Virus record (IMG/VR): IMGVR_UViG_3300017903_000528
Span: 1-27,224 of that record
DNA: 27,224 nucleotides
Reading direction: 5' to 3' (one strand)
Origin: a virus
Lineage: Duplodnaviria > Caudoviricetes
A program made the position numbers and the translations under genes. Below are positions 17,294 to 24,940 of the stretch, piece after piece. Position 1 is the stretch's first letter, and each line of letters begins with the position of its first letter. The notes under the pieces are model-generated. The model worked only from the letters and a program-made list of their open reading frames with translations. It made no database searches and was not told where the DNA came from.

Positions 17294-17798
17294 TTTGTCT
17301 CCTTTTTATATTTGCTGCATTGTTATTCAATACAGATCCTGCAGCTTTTGCCGTAGAATTAGGTTCAAAATCAAAATCAAACTCATCTCTTCCGTTTGCA
17401 TCTTGTTTAAGTTCATATCCTTCTTCATCTTTGATTCCTGTTTTAAGATTTAAAAGATTTAAGAATGCATACTTTCTTGAATACGACATTGCATTACCAG
17501 TTCCAAATCTATCTAGATTACCCATAGCGCAACATCCATCAATAGTTATAAAATCTTCTGGACTATCAACATCATGTACTTTCATTGTACAAGTTACAAA
17601 AACACATTTCTCTTTCATTTCTGTTTTGTAATTACAAGTTGGATATAGACCAACATCTAACAATGCTTGGGTAGCAACTTCTTGTACTGCATCATGCAAC
17701 AATGGATTATAGTTCATACCCGGTTTTTTTTCTGCTTTCTTTACACCACCTGCATTAATACAAGCTGCGTGTAGTTTTTTATATATTTGGTTTTTCAT
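17286..17798 (-). CDS. ERF-family ssDNA annealing protein
   Basis: 'IYKKL...GNAMSYSRKYAFLNLLNL.TG..DE' ERF motif; likely start 17798 (TAATG-coupled). Confidence 0.8.
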   Translation of the reverse strand: MKNQIYKKLHAACINAGGVKKAEKKPGMNYNPLLHDAVQEVATQALLDVGLYPTCNYKTEMKEKCVFVTCTMKVHDVDSPEDFITIDGCCAMGNLDRFGTGNAMSYSRKYAFLNLLNLKTGIKDEEGYELKQDANGRDEFDFDFEPNSTAKAAGSVLNNNAANIKRRQNG

Positions 17799-18709
17799 TA
17801 TTTTATTCCCCATAGTTTGTTGATTAATTGTTTCTGATCATTTGTTAAATCTCTATAATAAAAAGGATGATCCATATCTGGAGGATCCATCATCAAAGCT
17901 AACTTCTCAATGTCTCCTTCACAATACATAATCATCTTCTCCCACAATAAAATTTTTTGTATCATCTTATTGTATAGATGTTCTAAATGATCGTGCTTCA
18001 TTAACTCATGGCTATCATCAAAAACTTTTACCTCTTTATCATTTGTATAAACCAAGTAAGGTGTTTTCTTTGTTACCATATAGTAGAATGAAGTCTGTGT
18101 TAAGTGTTCGATCTGCGGCTCTAAAGGTAGCTCCTGCGATCTCATTTTAAATTCATCTTTGTTTCTAATCTTTGATGTCTTTGGTGGTTTTGTTTTTAAT
18201 TCTATAAAACTATGTTTTGTTTCGTAGTCTATTCTTCCGGTAATTTTTTTTATCATTAGATCTTCTTGATGATCTATGTATCTTTCGCAAACTAATTTTT
18301 TATCTTTTATAATTTCTTGCACAACTTTTTTTGTTAACTTAATGCATGGCTCAACATAATTTAAAACTTCTTTCCTGCCAAACTTATCCTTATCATCTAC
18401 CGGTAGTTTGGAATGATACTCTTTTAATTCATCTTCGTATGCTGCTTCTCTATTCCACTCTGTTAATCTTTTTCTACCCTCAACATACAAAACATCAGCT
18501 AACATTCTTTGTACTGTGTTGTTAACTAGGTTACCAAAATCTCCCGGGTATCTAAATGGGAACTTACGTCTAACTTCTTGAGGAAAATAATAATTAATTA
18601 TGTTCTTTGCAAATGGTGAACTGGTTGAAGAGTAGGACCAATGATCCAAACCTTTACCACCATTATAAAATTTAAATGCTTTATTAATTAAATCTTTTTT
18701 TAAAATCAT
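17798..18709 (-). CDS. PD-(D/E)XK exonuclease (RecE/Cas4-like)
   Basis: 'HWSYSS', 'ITGRIDY...FIELKTK', 'HLTQTSFY'; likely start ATG 18709. Confidence 0.8.
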   Translation of the reverse strand: MILKKDLINKAFKFYNGGKGLDHWSYSSTSSPFAKNIINYYFPQEVRRKFPFRYPGDFGNLVNNTVQRMLADVLYVEGRKRLTEWNREAAYEDELKEYHSKLPVDDKDKFGRKEVLNYVEPCIKLTKKVVQEIIKDKKLVCERYIDHQEDLMIKKITGRIDYETKHSFIELKTKPPKTSKIRNKDEFKMRSQELPLEPQIEHLTQTSFYYMVTKKTPYLVYTNDKEVKVFDDSHELMKHDHLEHLYNKMIQKILLWEKMIMYCEGDIEKLALMMDPPDMDHPFYYRDLTNDQKQLINKLWGIK

Positions 18710-18793
18710 GTTTTTTATTCTGTATACACATAACAAATTTATTGTCAAATAAAATATCTTTGTTATATATAACCAAAAAATATAAGGAGATTT
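18710..18793. promoter_or_regulatory. Divergent control region: leftward sigma70-like promoter and palindromic operator candidates
   Basis: Minus strand TTGACA(18748-18743)-N16-TATACA(18726-18721); perfect palindrome GTTATATATAAC at 18762-18773. Confidence 0.55.
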
Positions 18794-19021
18794 ATGTATC
18801 TAGAAGATTGGCGAAAAAAAAACAAAATATCATACTACAATTTAGGTCAAATGCTACATTATAAAGGTATAAATCCTGCCGCATCAGCACAAAAAATTTG
18901 CTTGACTTGTATAGAAAAGAGGTTCCCAAAACCACACGTTGTTGAAAAAATTAGACAGATAACTAATAAAGAAGTTGACTACAAGGATTTATATGACGCG
19001 TACTTTGAAGCCACAAAATAA
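18794..19021 (+). CDS. Cro-like HTH transcriptional regulator
   Basis: 'LEDWRKKNKISYYNLGQML...RFPKP...KIRQITNKEVDYKDLY'; first gene of the divergent operon; AAGGAG RBS. Confidence 0.65.
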   Translation: MYLEDWRKKNKISYYNLGQMLHYKGINPAASAQKICLTCIEKRFPKPHVVEKIRQITNKEVDYKDLYDAYFEATK

Positions 19022-19268
19022 ATTTAAATATAAAAGAGTTAGAATTTATTGGCAGGATATAGTTTCTAATTCTGAATGGATGAGTTTGGATAAGGCTAAA
19101 GATCAAGTCTATTCTTGGTGTGAAGATACCGGCTATCTTTTACATAAGGATCCAAAGAAATTAATTATTTTTGCGTCTCATAGTTTCGATGATGACGGCA
19201 CACTTACAGTTGGTAATACTACAGTATACCCTAGATCAGTTGTTAAAAAAATAGAAGTATTAAAATGA
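18993..19268 (+). CDS. Conserved-looking phage hypothetical protein
   Basis: 'VRIYWQDI...W...CEDTGYLL...YPRSVVKKI'; likely start ATG 18993 after AAGGA. Confidence 0.65.
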   Translation: MTRTLKPQNKFKYKRVRIYWQDIVSNSEWMSLDKAKDQVYSWCEDTGYLLHKDPKKLIIFASHSFDDDGTLTVGNTTVYPRSVVKKIEVLK

Positions 19269-19438
19269 CAAACTCAAAGATCTTTGATGAGGTTGATTGT
19301 CCGGACAAATTAAAAGATTGTGAGTTCGAATTAAAGCGCACAAAAAAATTTATAAAAAAACAAACTGATATTATTTTAGCACTTGAGAAAGAAATTGAAC
19401 AAAAAGATAATGAGATAAGGATGTTAAAAAATAAGTGA
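19265..19438 (+). CDS. 57-aa coiled-coil protein (not in ORF track)
   Basis: MTNSKIFDEVDCPDKLKDCEFELKRTKKFIKKQTDIILALEKEIEQKDNEIRMLKNK; ATGA/GTGA overlaps on both sides. Confidence 0.65.
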   Translation: MTNSKIFDEVDCPDKLKDCEFELKRTKKFIKKQTDIILALEKEIEQKDNEIRMLKNK

Positions 19439-20022
19439 GTGTTAAAAAATATAAAGTAAAAATATGTGATAGAAAGGATATAAAAGATTTCATAGAAACT
19501 TGGCATTATTCTAAAAATATTAATGGTCTTAAATCTAATTATTGTTTTTCATTAATGAATAATAATAAAATTATTGGTGCTATGATGTATGGTCAAATTG
19601 CAATGGCAAATGTTTGGAAAAAATATGTTTCAAAAGAAAAAGATTTAATAGAGCTGCGTAGATTATGCTGCATAGATGATACACCTAAAAATACTGAAAG
19701 TTATTTTATAGGTTTTACTTTACGTTGGTTAAAAAAAAATACAAATTACACTAAAGTTATTAGTTATGCTGATAAAACATATAATCATGAAGGTACTATT
19801 TATAAAGCTAGTAATTTTAAATATTTAGGTATGACTAATAAAGGTAAGGTAATATTTTTTAATAATAAATTATATCACGATAAAGCTGTTAGAACTAAAT
19901 ATAATGGTAAATTAAAACCTTATGCACAAAGATTAAAAGATGCATTAGATTCTGGTAAAGCATATTATAAAAATACATTAGGTAAAAATATTTACATTTA
20001 TGAACTGAGGAAAAATGGCTAG
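19435..20022 (+). CDS. Mom-like DNA (adenine) modification GNAT protein
   Basis: 'WHYSK', 'IELRRL...PKNTESYFI', 'VISYAD...HEGTIYKASNF.YLG' Mom-family motifs. Confidence 0.75.
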   Translation: MSVKKYKVKICDRKDIKDFIETWHYSKNINGLKSNYCFSLMNNNKIIGAMMYGQIAMANVWKKYVSKEKDLIELRRLCCIDDTPKNTESYFIGFTLRWLKKNTNYTKVISYADKTYNHEGTIYKASNFKYLGMTNKGKVIFFNNKLYHDKAVRTKYNGKLKPYAQRLKDALDSGKAYYKNTLGKNIYIYELRKNG

Positions 20023-20389
20023 ATATACATACGCATTCTCAAATGGAATTTATAATGATTTCCACCGGAAATATGACGGCATTGCCATGATTGATATTGA
20101 TAGTGTTGAATGCTGCGCGCATTGTTATGAGCCATTAGCTATTATTGAGACGTGTTATGATAAAGGTCAGAAATATAAGGTCACAACCCTTTCAAAGATA
20201 GTCGCTGAACGCTTAAATATACCCTGTTTTTTAGTATTCTATAAGGAACGCACCCCAACTAGCCTAGAATTTAGAATTAAGCGTATACGTAGCTCTAAAA
20301 CAGAATTTCAGCACATGAATGAGCAACAATGGGTCGATGTACTACTCTCTTTGCACGACCACCACAAAAAAGGATGTAAAAAAATATGA
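20015..20389 (+). CDS. Hypothetical protein, possible restriction-endonuclease-like fold
   Basis: 'MIDIDSVE...PLAIIET' acidic motif with CxxC. Confidence 0.5.
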   Translation: MARYTYAFSNGIYNDFHRKYDGIAMIDIDSVECCAHCYEPLAIIETCYDKGQKYKVTTLSKIVAERLNIPCFLVFYKERTPTSLEFRIKRIRSSKTEFQHMNEQQWVDVLLSLHDHHKKGCKKI

Positions 20390-21063
20390 ATATAACTACT
20401 CGAGGCTTTTTGCACGTCACTTATAAGCTATATCATCATCTAAATATCTTAAATGGAGAAGAAAAATCAACTTGTTTAAATGTTTTCTTATCTATTATGA
20501 AATATGCATGGAAGAAGAATGGATATAAGGCACAATTAAGGCACGAAACTATCGCTAAAGACACAGGATTGTGTCGAGCCACTGTTAAAACTGCTATTTC
20601 TAAATTAGTTAAACTAAATATAATCTCTGATATTAGAGGTAGGTCCGGTAAAACTTATATTGTTAATGATGTCTTTCTTAAAGCTGAAAACACTTATGAA
20701 AAAACCGAGATAGCTAAATATTCTACACCAGATAGCCAAACATTAGCTACATTAGAAGAAACAATATACATTAATAATAATGTTAGTAAGATTGTTAAAA
20801 GTCTAGCAGGGAATAGGGAGAAAATAATAGAGGAATTATCCAAGCTCCCTATTGCCGAATTACAAGAAGATAAAACAAATGTTTATTTATGTAAGCTAGC
20901 TATTGAACATAAACAACAATACGAAAATAAAACTTATGTTAGTTCGGATAAAATATTAAGTGCGTTAAAGGATATGTCCAAGAATAATAACATAAATTAT
21001 AAACGTAAAAAGGAATATAATATTCGGAATGGTATTAAACCATGGTTAAAAAATGGTAGGTAG
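20386..21063 (+). CDS. Winged-HTH replication initiator-like protein
   Basis: 'RHETIAKDTGLCRATVKTAISKLVKLNII...GKTY' wHTH in the N-terminal half; internal direct repeat. Confidence 0.65.
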   Translation: MNITTRGFLHVTYKLYHHLNILNGEEKSTCLNVFLSIMKYAWKKNGYKAQLRHETIAKDTGLCRATVKTAISKLVKLNIISDIRGRSGKTYIVNDVFLKAENTYEKTEIAKYSTPDSQTLATLEETIYINNNVSKIVKSLAGNREKIIEELSKLPIAELQEDKTNVYLCKLAIEHKQQYENKTYVSSDKILSALKDMSKNNNINYKRKKEYNIRNGIKPWLKNGR

Positions 21064-21487
21064 ACCGCAACGGAAAGTATTCTGTCAAGGTCATACCCGT
21101 GCTGGACTTCGTAAAGGTTTAAAGATCCCGTGTAAAATGAAGGGTTATCTGCTTGCAAATAATACTTATAAATGTAAATATCACGGCTACCAAAATGTTA
21201 AGGGATTTAAAAAAAATTACTCTGATGAAACTAGAATTAAACAACTATCAAAGTTAATACAATTTAAGAATTATACTGATGACCAGCTCAAAGAATATTA
21301 CTACCAAAAAATCAAACCCGGAATTGATAACAACCAACCAAGCAGATATAATATGCGAGAAACTCGCAAAGGGAGAAACCCTTACCGAGATTCTGGAAGA
21401 TTCAAAACAATATCCCTTCAGCTTGATGAAGTTCTACGCGTACTTAAAAAAAAATCCAGAGTTAGAAATAAAGATCACGGAAGCTAG
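21053..21487 (+). CDS. HGGxSTG-like Zn-finger protein
   Basis: 'CQGHTR...PCKMKG...YKCKYHG' C-C-C-H pattern. Confidence 0.6.
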   Translation: MVGRPQRKVFCQGHTRAGLRKGLKIPCKMKGYLLANNTYKCKYHGYQNVKGFKKNYSDETRIKQLSKLIQFKNYTDDQLKEYYYQKIKPGIDNNQPSRYNMRETRKGRNPYRDSGRFKTISLQLDEVLRVLKKKSRVRNKDHGS

Positions 21488-21749
21488 AAAATATGGTGTG
21501 CAAACTTTAATCGATAAGTTATTGCAAGTCTTTAAGTATCAAGAAATAGAAAATCCTAACGCGATACTGTGGATCCGTGAGAAAACAAAGTTCATTACCT
21601 TTCTTGCCAATAAACTCACAGATTTATATTCAGATAACAAACCTATTAAACAGAATATAGATCAGAAAATGACAATCTCATGGGAGGATAACACGGAAGA
21701 TTTAATTGACGTGAGTGCCGAGGAAGTCTCGACACCCACAGAGGAGTAA
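21279..21749 (+). CDS. terS: Terminase small subunit (Sf6 gp1-like)
   Basis: 'ADIICEKLAKGETLTEI...FYAYLKKNPEL...EARKYG...KL..LYSD...ISW' pattern. Confidence 0.65.
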   Translation: MTSSKNITTKKSNPELITTNQADIICEKLAKGETLTEILEDSKQYPFSLMKFYAYLKKNPELEIKITEARKYGVQTLIDKLLQVFKYQEIENPNAILWIREKTKFITFLANKLTDLYSDNKPIKQNIDQKMTISWEDNTEDLIDVSAEEVSTPTEE

Positions 21750-21760
21750 TTAATTACTTT

Positions 21761-22000
21761 CTATATTTTTTTAGCAATGTAATTGTATACCGGGTCTTTA
21801 CTTGGCGTACCATAGCTAACGCGTTTTTGATATAGGACCACAATATTATTATCCGATGATCTTAACATTAAGTTTGCAATGTCTCTTGTTTCATTACTAT
21901 AAAATCTATCTTTAGCTAAATATCCTTTATGATATACTGTAGCCTCATTTGATTTTGCAGTTTGCAACCAACCTTCTATTGAACTGTATGTAGTTTGCAT
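21761..22000 (-). CDS. Hypothetical early protein
   Basis: GAGG RBS; 'W...A......VYHKGYLAKDR...LYQKR'. Confidence 0.65.
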   Translation of the reverse strand: MQTTYSSIEGWLQTAKSNEATVYHKGYLAKDRFYSNETRDIANLMLRSSDNNIVVLYQKRVSYGTPSKDPVYNYIAKKI

Positions 22001-22119
22001 TGTTTTTTACCTCTCTGTTTTAATTGTTTATTTTTATAATGAGTGAATATAATTTTTTTTGCACTCAAAATATTTATTAGAGTTTGTTTTTTTAACTCTT
22101 CTAAATTATATTTATTCAT
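21976..22119 (-). CDS. Hypothetical early protein
   Basis: Likely start 22119 (MNKYNLEELKK) after AGAGG. Confidence 0.5.
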   Translation of the reverse strand: MNKYNLEELKKQTLINILSAKKIIFTHYKNKQLKQRGKKQCKLHTVQ

Positions 22120-22312
22120 TGAAACCTCTATAATTTTTGTACCAAGTTTCAATATTATCTTCTGCATACTCATACATTTTTAATTGATTATAAAACCAAT
22201 TTGTAAGTTTAAGTTTATTGTATTCTAGTTCTTCTCTTACACCTGTTAATGTTCCTATTGGTTTATCTCTCAACATATTCATTTTTATTTTATGGTCATA
22301 ACAATTACTCAT
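22112..22312 (-). CDS. Hypothetical early protein
   Basis: GGGAG RBS; tightly packed. Confidence 0.6.
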   Translation of the reverse strand: MSNCYDHKIKMNMLRDKPIGTLTGVREELEYNKLKLTNWFYNQLKMYEYAEDNIETWYKNYRGFNE

Positions 22313-22313
22313 A

Positions 22314-22550
22314 TTATCTCCCTTCTATTTTTTTTGCATATTCTTTTACCAACTTAAACCATTTATCTTTATAAAGTTTTTTAAACTCTAGGTTTTCTGC
22401 TTTGTTGTATGCATTGGCAAGCTTATCGAGTTGACTTCTAGCATCAATAAACAACTCATGTTTTCTCTGTTGCTCTGTCATTTTTCGCTCATGGTTTTTT
22501 ACTTTATTCCGAGTTCTAATAAAGTCTAATGCCTCAAAATCTACTGCCAT
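22314..22550 (-). CDS. Hypothetical early protein
   Basis: GAGGAGG RBS; TAATG-coupled. Confidence 0.65.
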   Translation of the reverse strand: MAVDFEALDFIRTRNKVKNHERKMTEQQRKHELFIDARSQLDKLANAYNKAENLEFKKLYKDKWFKLVKEYAKKIEGR

Positions 22551-22747
22551 TATTCCTCCTCTCCTTGTTCTCCTTCTCTTTCAATTTGATCAGCTTCTTC
22601 CATTTCATCTAACCAATTCAAACCTTTAGCAATTCTTAAAGCTGTTTTGTTACTATCTGCAAATGCAATAGAGATTGATTGACCATTTTGTAAATCTTTT
22701 TCTATTGCTACACCATCAACAAAATATAATCCTTCAATATCTTTCAT
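22550..22747 (-). CDS. Hypothetical acidic early protein
   Basis: GAGGA RBS; acidic C-terminus 'DEMEEADQIEREGEQGEEE'. Confidence 0.6.
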   Translation of the reverse strand: MKDIEGLYFVDGVAIEKDLQNGQSISIAFADSNKTALRIAKGLNWLDEMEEADQIEREGEQGEEE

Positions 22748-22933
22748 TTATTCCTCACTTTTTTGTTTTAGTTTTCTTTTAAATTCTCTCAAGCTGTCAG
22801 CATTGGACCGGTGAAGGTGATCATAGATTATATAAAACCATGGATTACAATCAGACGCTTTCCAACCAAATCGATCACTTGCTTTCTGTATTAAGTTTAA
22901 ATATCGATCCTTCCATTTTTTATAGATTATCAT
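22748..22933 (-). CDS. Hypothetical early protein
   Basis: GAGGTG RBS. Confidence 0.6.
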   Translation of the reverse strand: MIIYKKWKDRYLNLIQKASDRFGWKASDCNPWFYIIYDHLHRSNADSLREFKRKLKQKSEE

Positions 22934-23216
22934 TTATTATCACCTCGTAATTAGTTTGTTTTATTTTATCTTTAAAACTTCTATGATGTTTTTTCATATC
23001 GAGATATGCATTAAGCCAAAAATCACAATCTTTCTTTAGCGATCTAATCAAGTGAATAAAATCCATGTCACCAACTTTGATCATGTCTCCGAGACTATCC
23101 GAGAACCTTTTAGATTTTATAAACTCTTTTATATCAACCGGTGTTTTACGTTCAGTATCAATCTCAAGCTTTTTAAAATACTTATCAATTGAATATTTAT
23201 TTATTTGTTTTTTCAT
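22920..23216 (-). CDS. Hypothetical early protein
   Basis: GGGGG RBS; TAATG-coupled. Confidence 0.6.
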   Translation of the reverse strand: MKKQINKYSIDKYFKKLEIDTERKTPVDIKEFIKSKRFSDSLGDMIKVGDMDFIHLIRSLKKDCDFWLNAYLDMKKHHRSFKDKIKQTNYEVIINDNL

Positions 23217-23860
23217 TATTCCCCCTTCATTTTTTGGTTTAGTTTTTTCTTGCCGTATGTTTTAACCTTCTCAACTATGATATTCGTAGTATTAAATTTA
23301 TAACACAATAGACAATCTTTACACTTTTGACCCGTGCAATTTTGACGCGGCTTTTGTAAATCTTCTTGTACGTTATTGAAAGTCTTGTCAAAATATTTAG
23401 GCACGTTCTCAAGTATATGATTGATCTTTGGGTTTGAGTAAATCAATATTAAATTTTTCGGCTTGTCATGATCCTTAAAATACTTGTAAACAATGTCGTA
23501 TCTTTTAGACCATAAAGAGAACGTACAATGCGGATTTTTTATTGCGATATTAACATAATTAATTAGATTAAATTCGTTTATTAACTCACCATGAGCATTA
23601 AACCTAAAAAATGCGCTATTAATTACCGGCAACGCGTCAGGATGTAATACTTTGGATGCTATCAAGTCAGTATTTCTCTGAAGAGCTGGCGCCATGTTTT
23701 TTCTATAGGTCCGCAGCATCTCATTTGAATAGCAATAAGTACAAATATTATTCTTATCTTGCTTTGTATATTGCTTAATACAATAATTATTGGTTGTAGT
23801 ATTGGTTGATATAGCTTGAAATCCTTCAAGTTTACCGGTCATCTTGCTTATATGTATCAT
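23216..23860 (-). CDS. GP88-like Cys-rich protein (radical-SAM-like Fe-S protein)
   Basis: C-x12-C-x2-C-Y, 'FFRFNAHGEL', 'FSLWSKR', C-terminal C-x4-C-x2-C-x2-C. Confidence 0.6.
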   Translation of the reverse strand: MIHISKMTGKLEGFQAISTNTTTNNYCIKQYTKQDKNNICTYCYSNEMLRTYRKNMAPALQRNTDLIASKVLHPDALPVINSAFFRFNAHGELINEFNLINYVNIAIKNPHCTFSLWSKRYDIVYKYFKDHDKPKNLILIYSNPKINHILENVPKYFDKTFNNVQEDLQKPRQNCTGQKCKDCLLCYKFNTTNIIVEKVKTYGKKKLNQKMKGE

Positions 23861-23908
23861 GTTTTATTCCCTTCTTTTTTTAATTGATACTAATTATATT
23901 TAATTCTT

Positions 23909-23932
23909 ATTATACTTGTCATATTGTCGCAG
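23909..23932 (-). promoter_or_regulatory. 24-bp promoter-like motif, copy 1
   Basis: CTGCGACAATATGACAAGTATAAT on the minus strand; 19/24 identical to copy 2; ends in a consensus -10. Confidence 0.6.
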
Positions 23933-24029
23933 GTGTTATGGACCATAAATGAAGCATATATAAAAATAATGAAGTTAAAAAAATGGTAGTAAATGCAATA
24001 AATGCTATTTTTAATAATAGATCCTTCAT
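23919..24029 (-). CDS. 36-aa single-TM membrane micro-protein (not in ORF track)
   Basis: GGAG RBS; MKDLLLKIAFIAFTTIFLTSLFLYMLHLWSITPATI. Confidence 0.55.
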   Translation of the reverse strand: MKDLLLKIAFIAFTTIFLTSLFLYMLHLWSITPATI

Positions 24030-24033
24030 TTAA

Positions 24034-24453
24034 TTAACTCCATTTAGCGTTATTATAGCCGTTAGTTTTAGCAACTAATGTATGAGCAAAATTATTACTT
24101 ATAGCGTCAATTGTTTTATATAATTTTGTTTTAGATGCTTTGCCTTCACAACTTTGATACAAAAAACAATTTAATGATTTTAATAACTGATAATCATCAT
24201 GACCCGGTTGACGCGAAAACCAAACCGCCTTGGATTTATTGACTTCAAAAAACATACTTTCAGCATCTTCATATCGTTGTTTTAATGATAATCTATTTAA
24301 ATTTAATAATTGATCAAAAACAACTCCAGCATTTTTGTTATATTGCTCTTTTAATTTTTCAATCTCTTTAAACTTTGGACCATAACAACCAGATTTACTG
24401 ATTGCTTTTAATACTCTTCCAATAGTTTCATAATCAACTTGATAAGCACTCAT
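24034..24453 (-). CDS. Hypothetical early protein (first gene of leftward block)
   Basis: Likely start 24453 (MSAYQV) after AGAAAGGA; 'LN..SL..RY...LLKSLNCFLYQSCE' motif. Confidence 0.7.
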   Translation of the reverse strand: MSAYQVDYETIGRVLKAISKSGCYGPKFKEIEKLKEQYNKNAGVVFDQLLNLNRLSLKQRYEDAESMFFEVNKSKAVWFSRQPGHDDYQLLKSLNCFLYQSCEGKASKTKLYKTIDAISNNFAHTLVAKTNGYNNAKWS

Positions 24454-24509
24454 GTTTATATCCTTTCTTTTTTGTTTATTTGTAAAAAATTTATTCATGT
24501 AATTATAAA

Positions 24510-24533
24510 ATGATAGTTGACAAATTGACGCAG
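24510..24533 (-). promoter_or_regulatory. 24-bp promoter-like motif, copy 2
   Basis: CTGCGTCAATTTGTCAACTATCAT on the minus strand. Confidence 0.6.
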
Positions 24534-24940
24534 ATTATAAATTAGAATTATTCTAATGTAATTAATAGACCAGTTAAAAGAGAATTAAAGAAGGTTGAAG
24601 TAGGTTGAATTGTTGCAATTCTTTTATTGAGCGCGCCAACTTTTTTTATGCGACATAAATAACGGGTCAATAATGTTGACCTATTTTTTAAAAGTTTTTT
24701 TTGATTGCTATTAATAATCATAAATTATCAAATCTCTTTTTGAGATAATATAAAGTATATTTTTTGATTTGTTGCACCCGGGTACACCCGCGCAACGCGT
24801 GTATATTTATTATATATATATACTTGGGAAATATAAACAAACACATAGACACCCTCAAAACCACCCTGCGCTAATTATTCAATCTTATTCATGTTTTATT
24901 TTTTATTTTAAAATAATTCTAAAAAGACTATATGTAGTAT
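24534..24940. other. Non-coding, palindrome-rich region; candidate genome end/pac region
   Basis: Longest intergenic stretch, between divergent blocks; several inverted repeats, a GC-rich island at 24771-24803 and a TA run. Confidence 0.45.

Noticed and set aside
17159-17631. Three + strand ORFs (17159, 17226, 17320)
   Set aside because: Antisense to the ERF and SSB-like genes; no RBS or recognisable motifs.
18710-18748. TTG start at 18748 for the exonuclease
   Set aside because: That TTG is part of a TTGACA -35-like hexamer; ATG 18709 is more plausible.
19243-19506. Minus-strand hydrophobic 87-aa ORF
   Set aside because: Shadow of the A-rich + strand ORF 19265..19438, which fits the operon with 4-nt overlaps.
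23065-23265. Plus-strand 66-aa ORF
   Set aside because: Antisense to coupled minus-strand genes.
24534-24940. tRNA, CRISPR array or attP in the long intergenic region
   Set aside because: No cloverleaf or T-loop motif, no regularly spaced repeats, and no integrase in the window.
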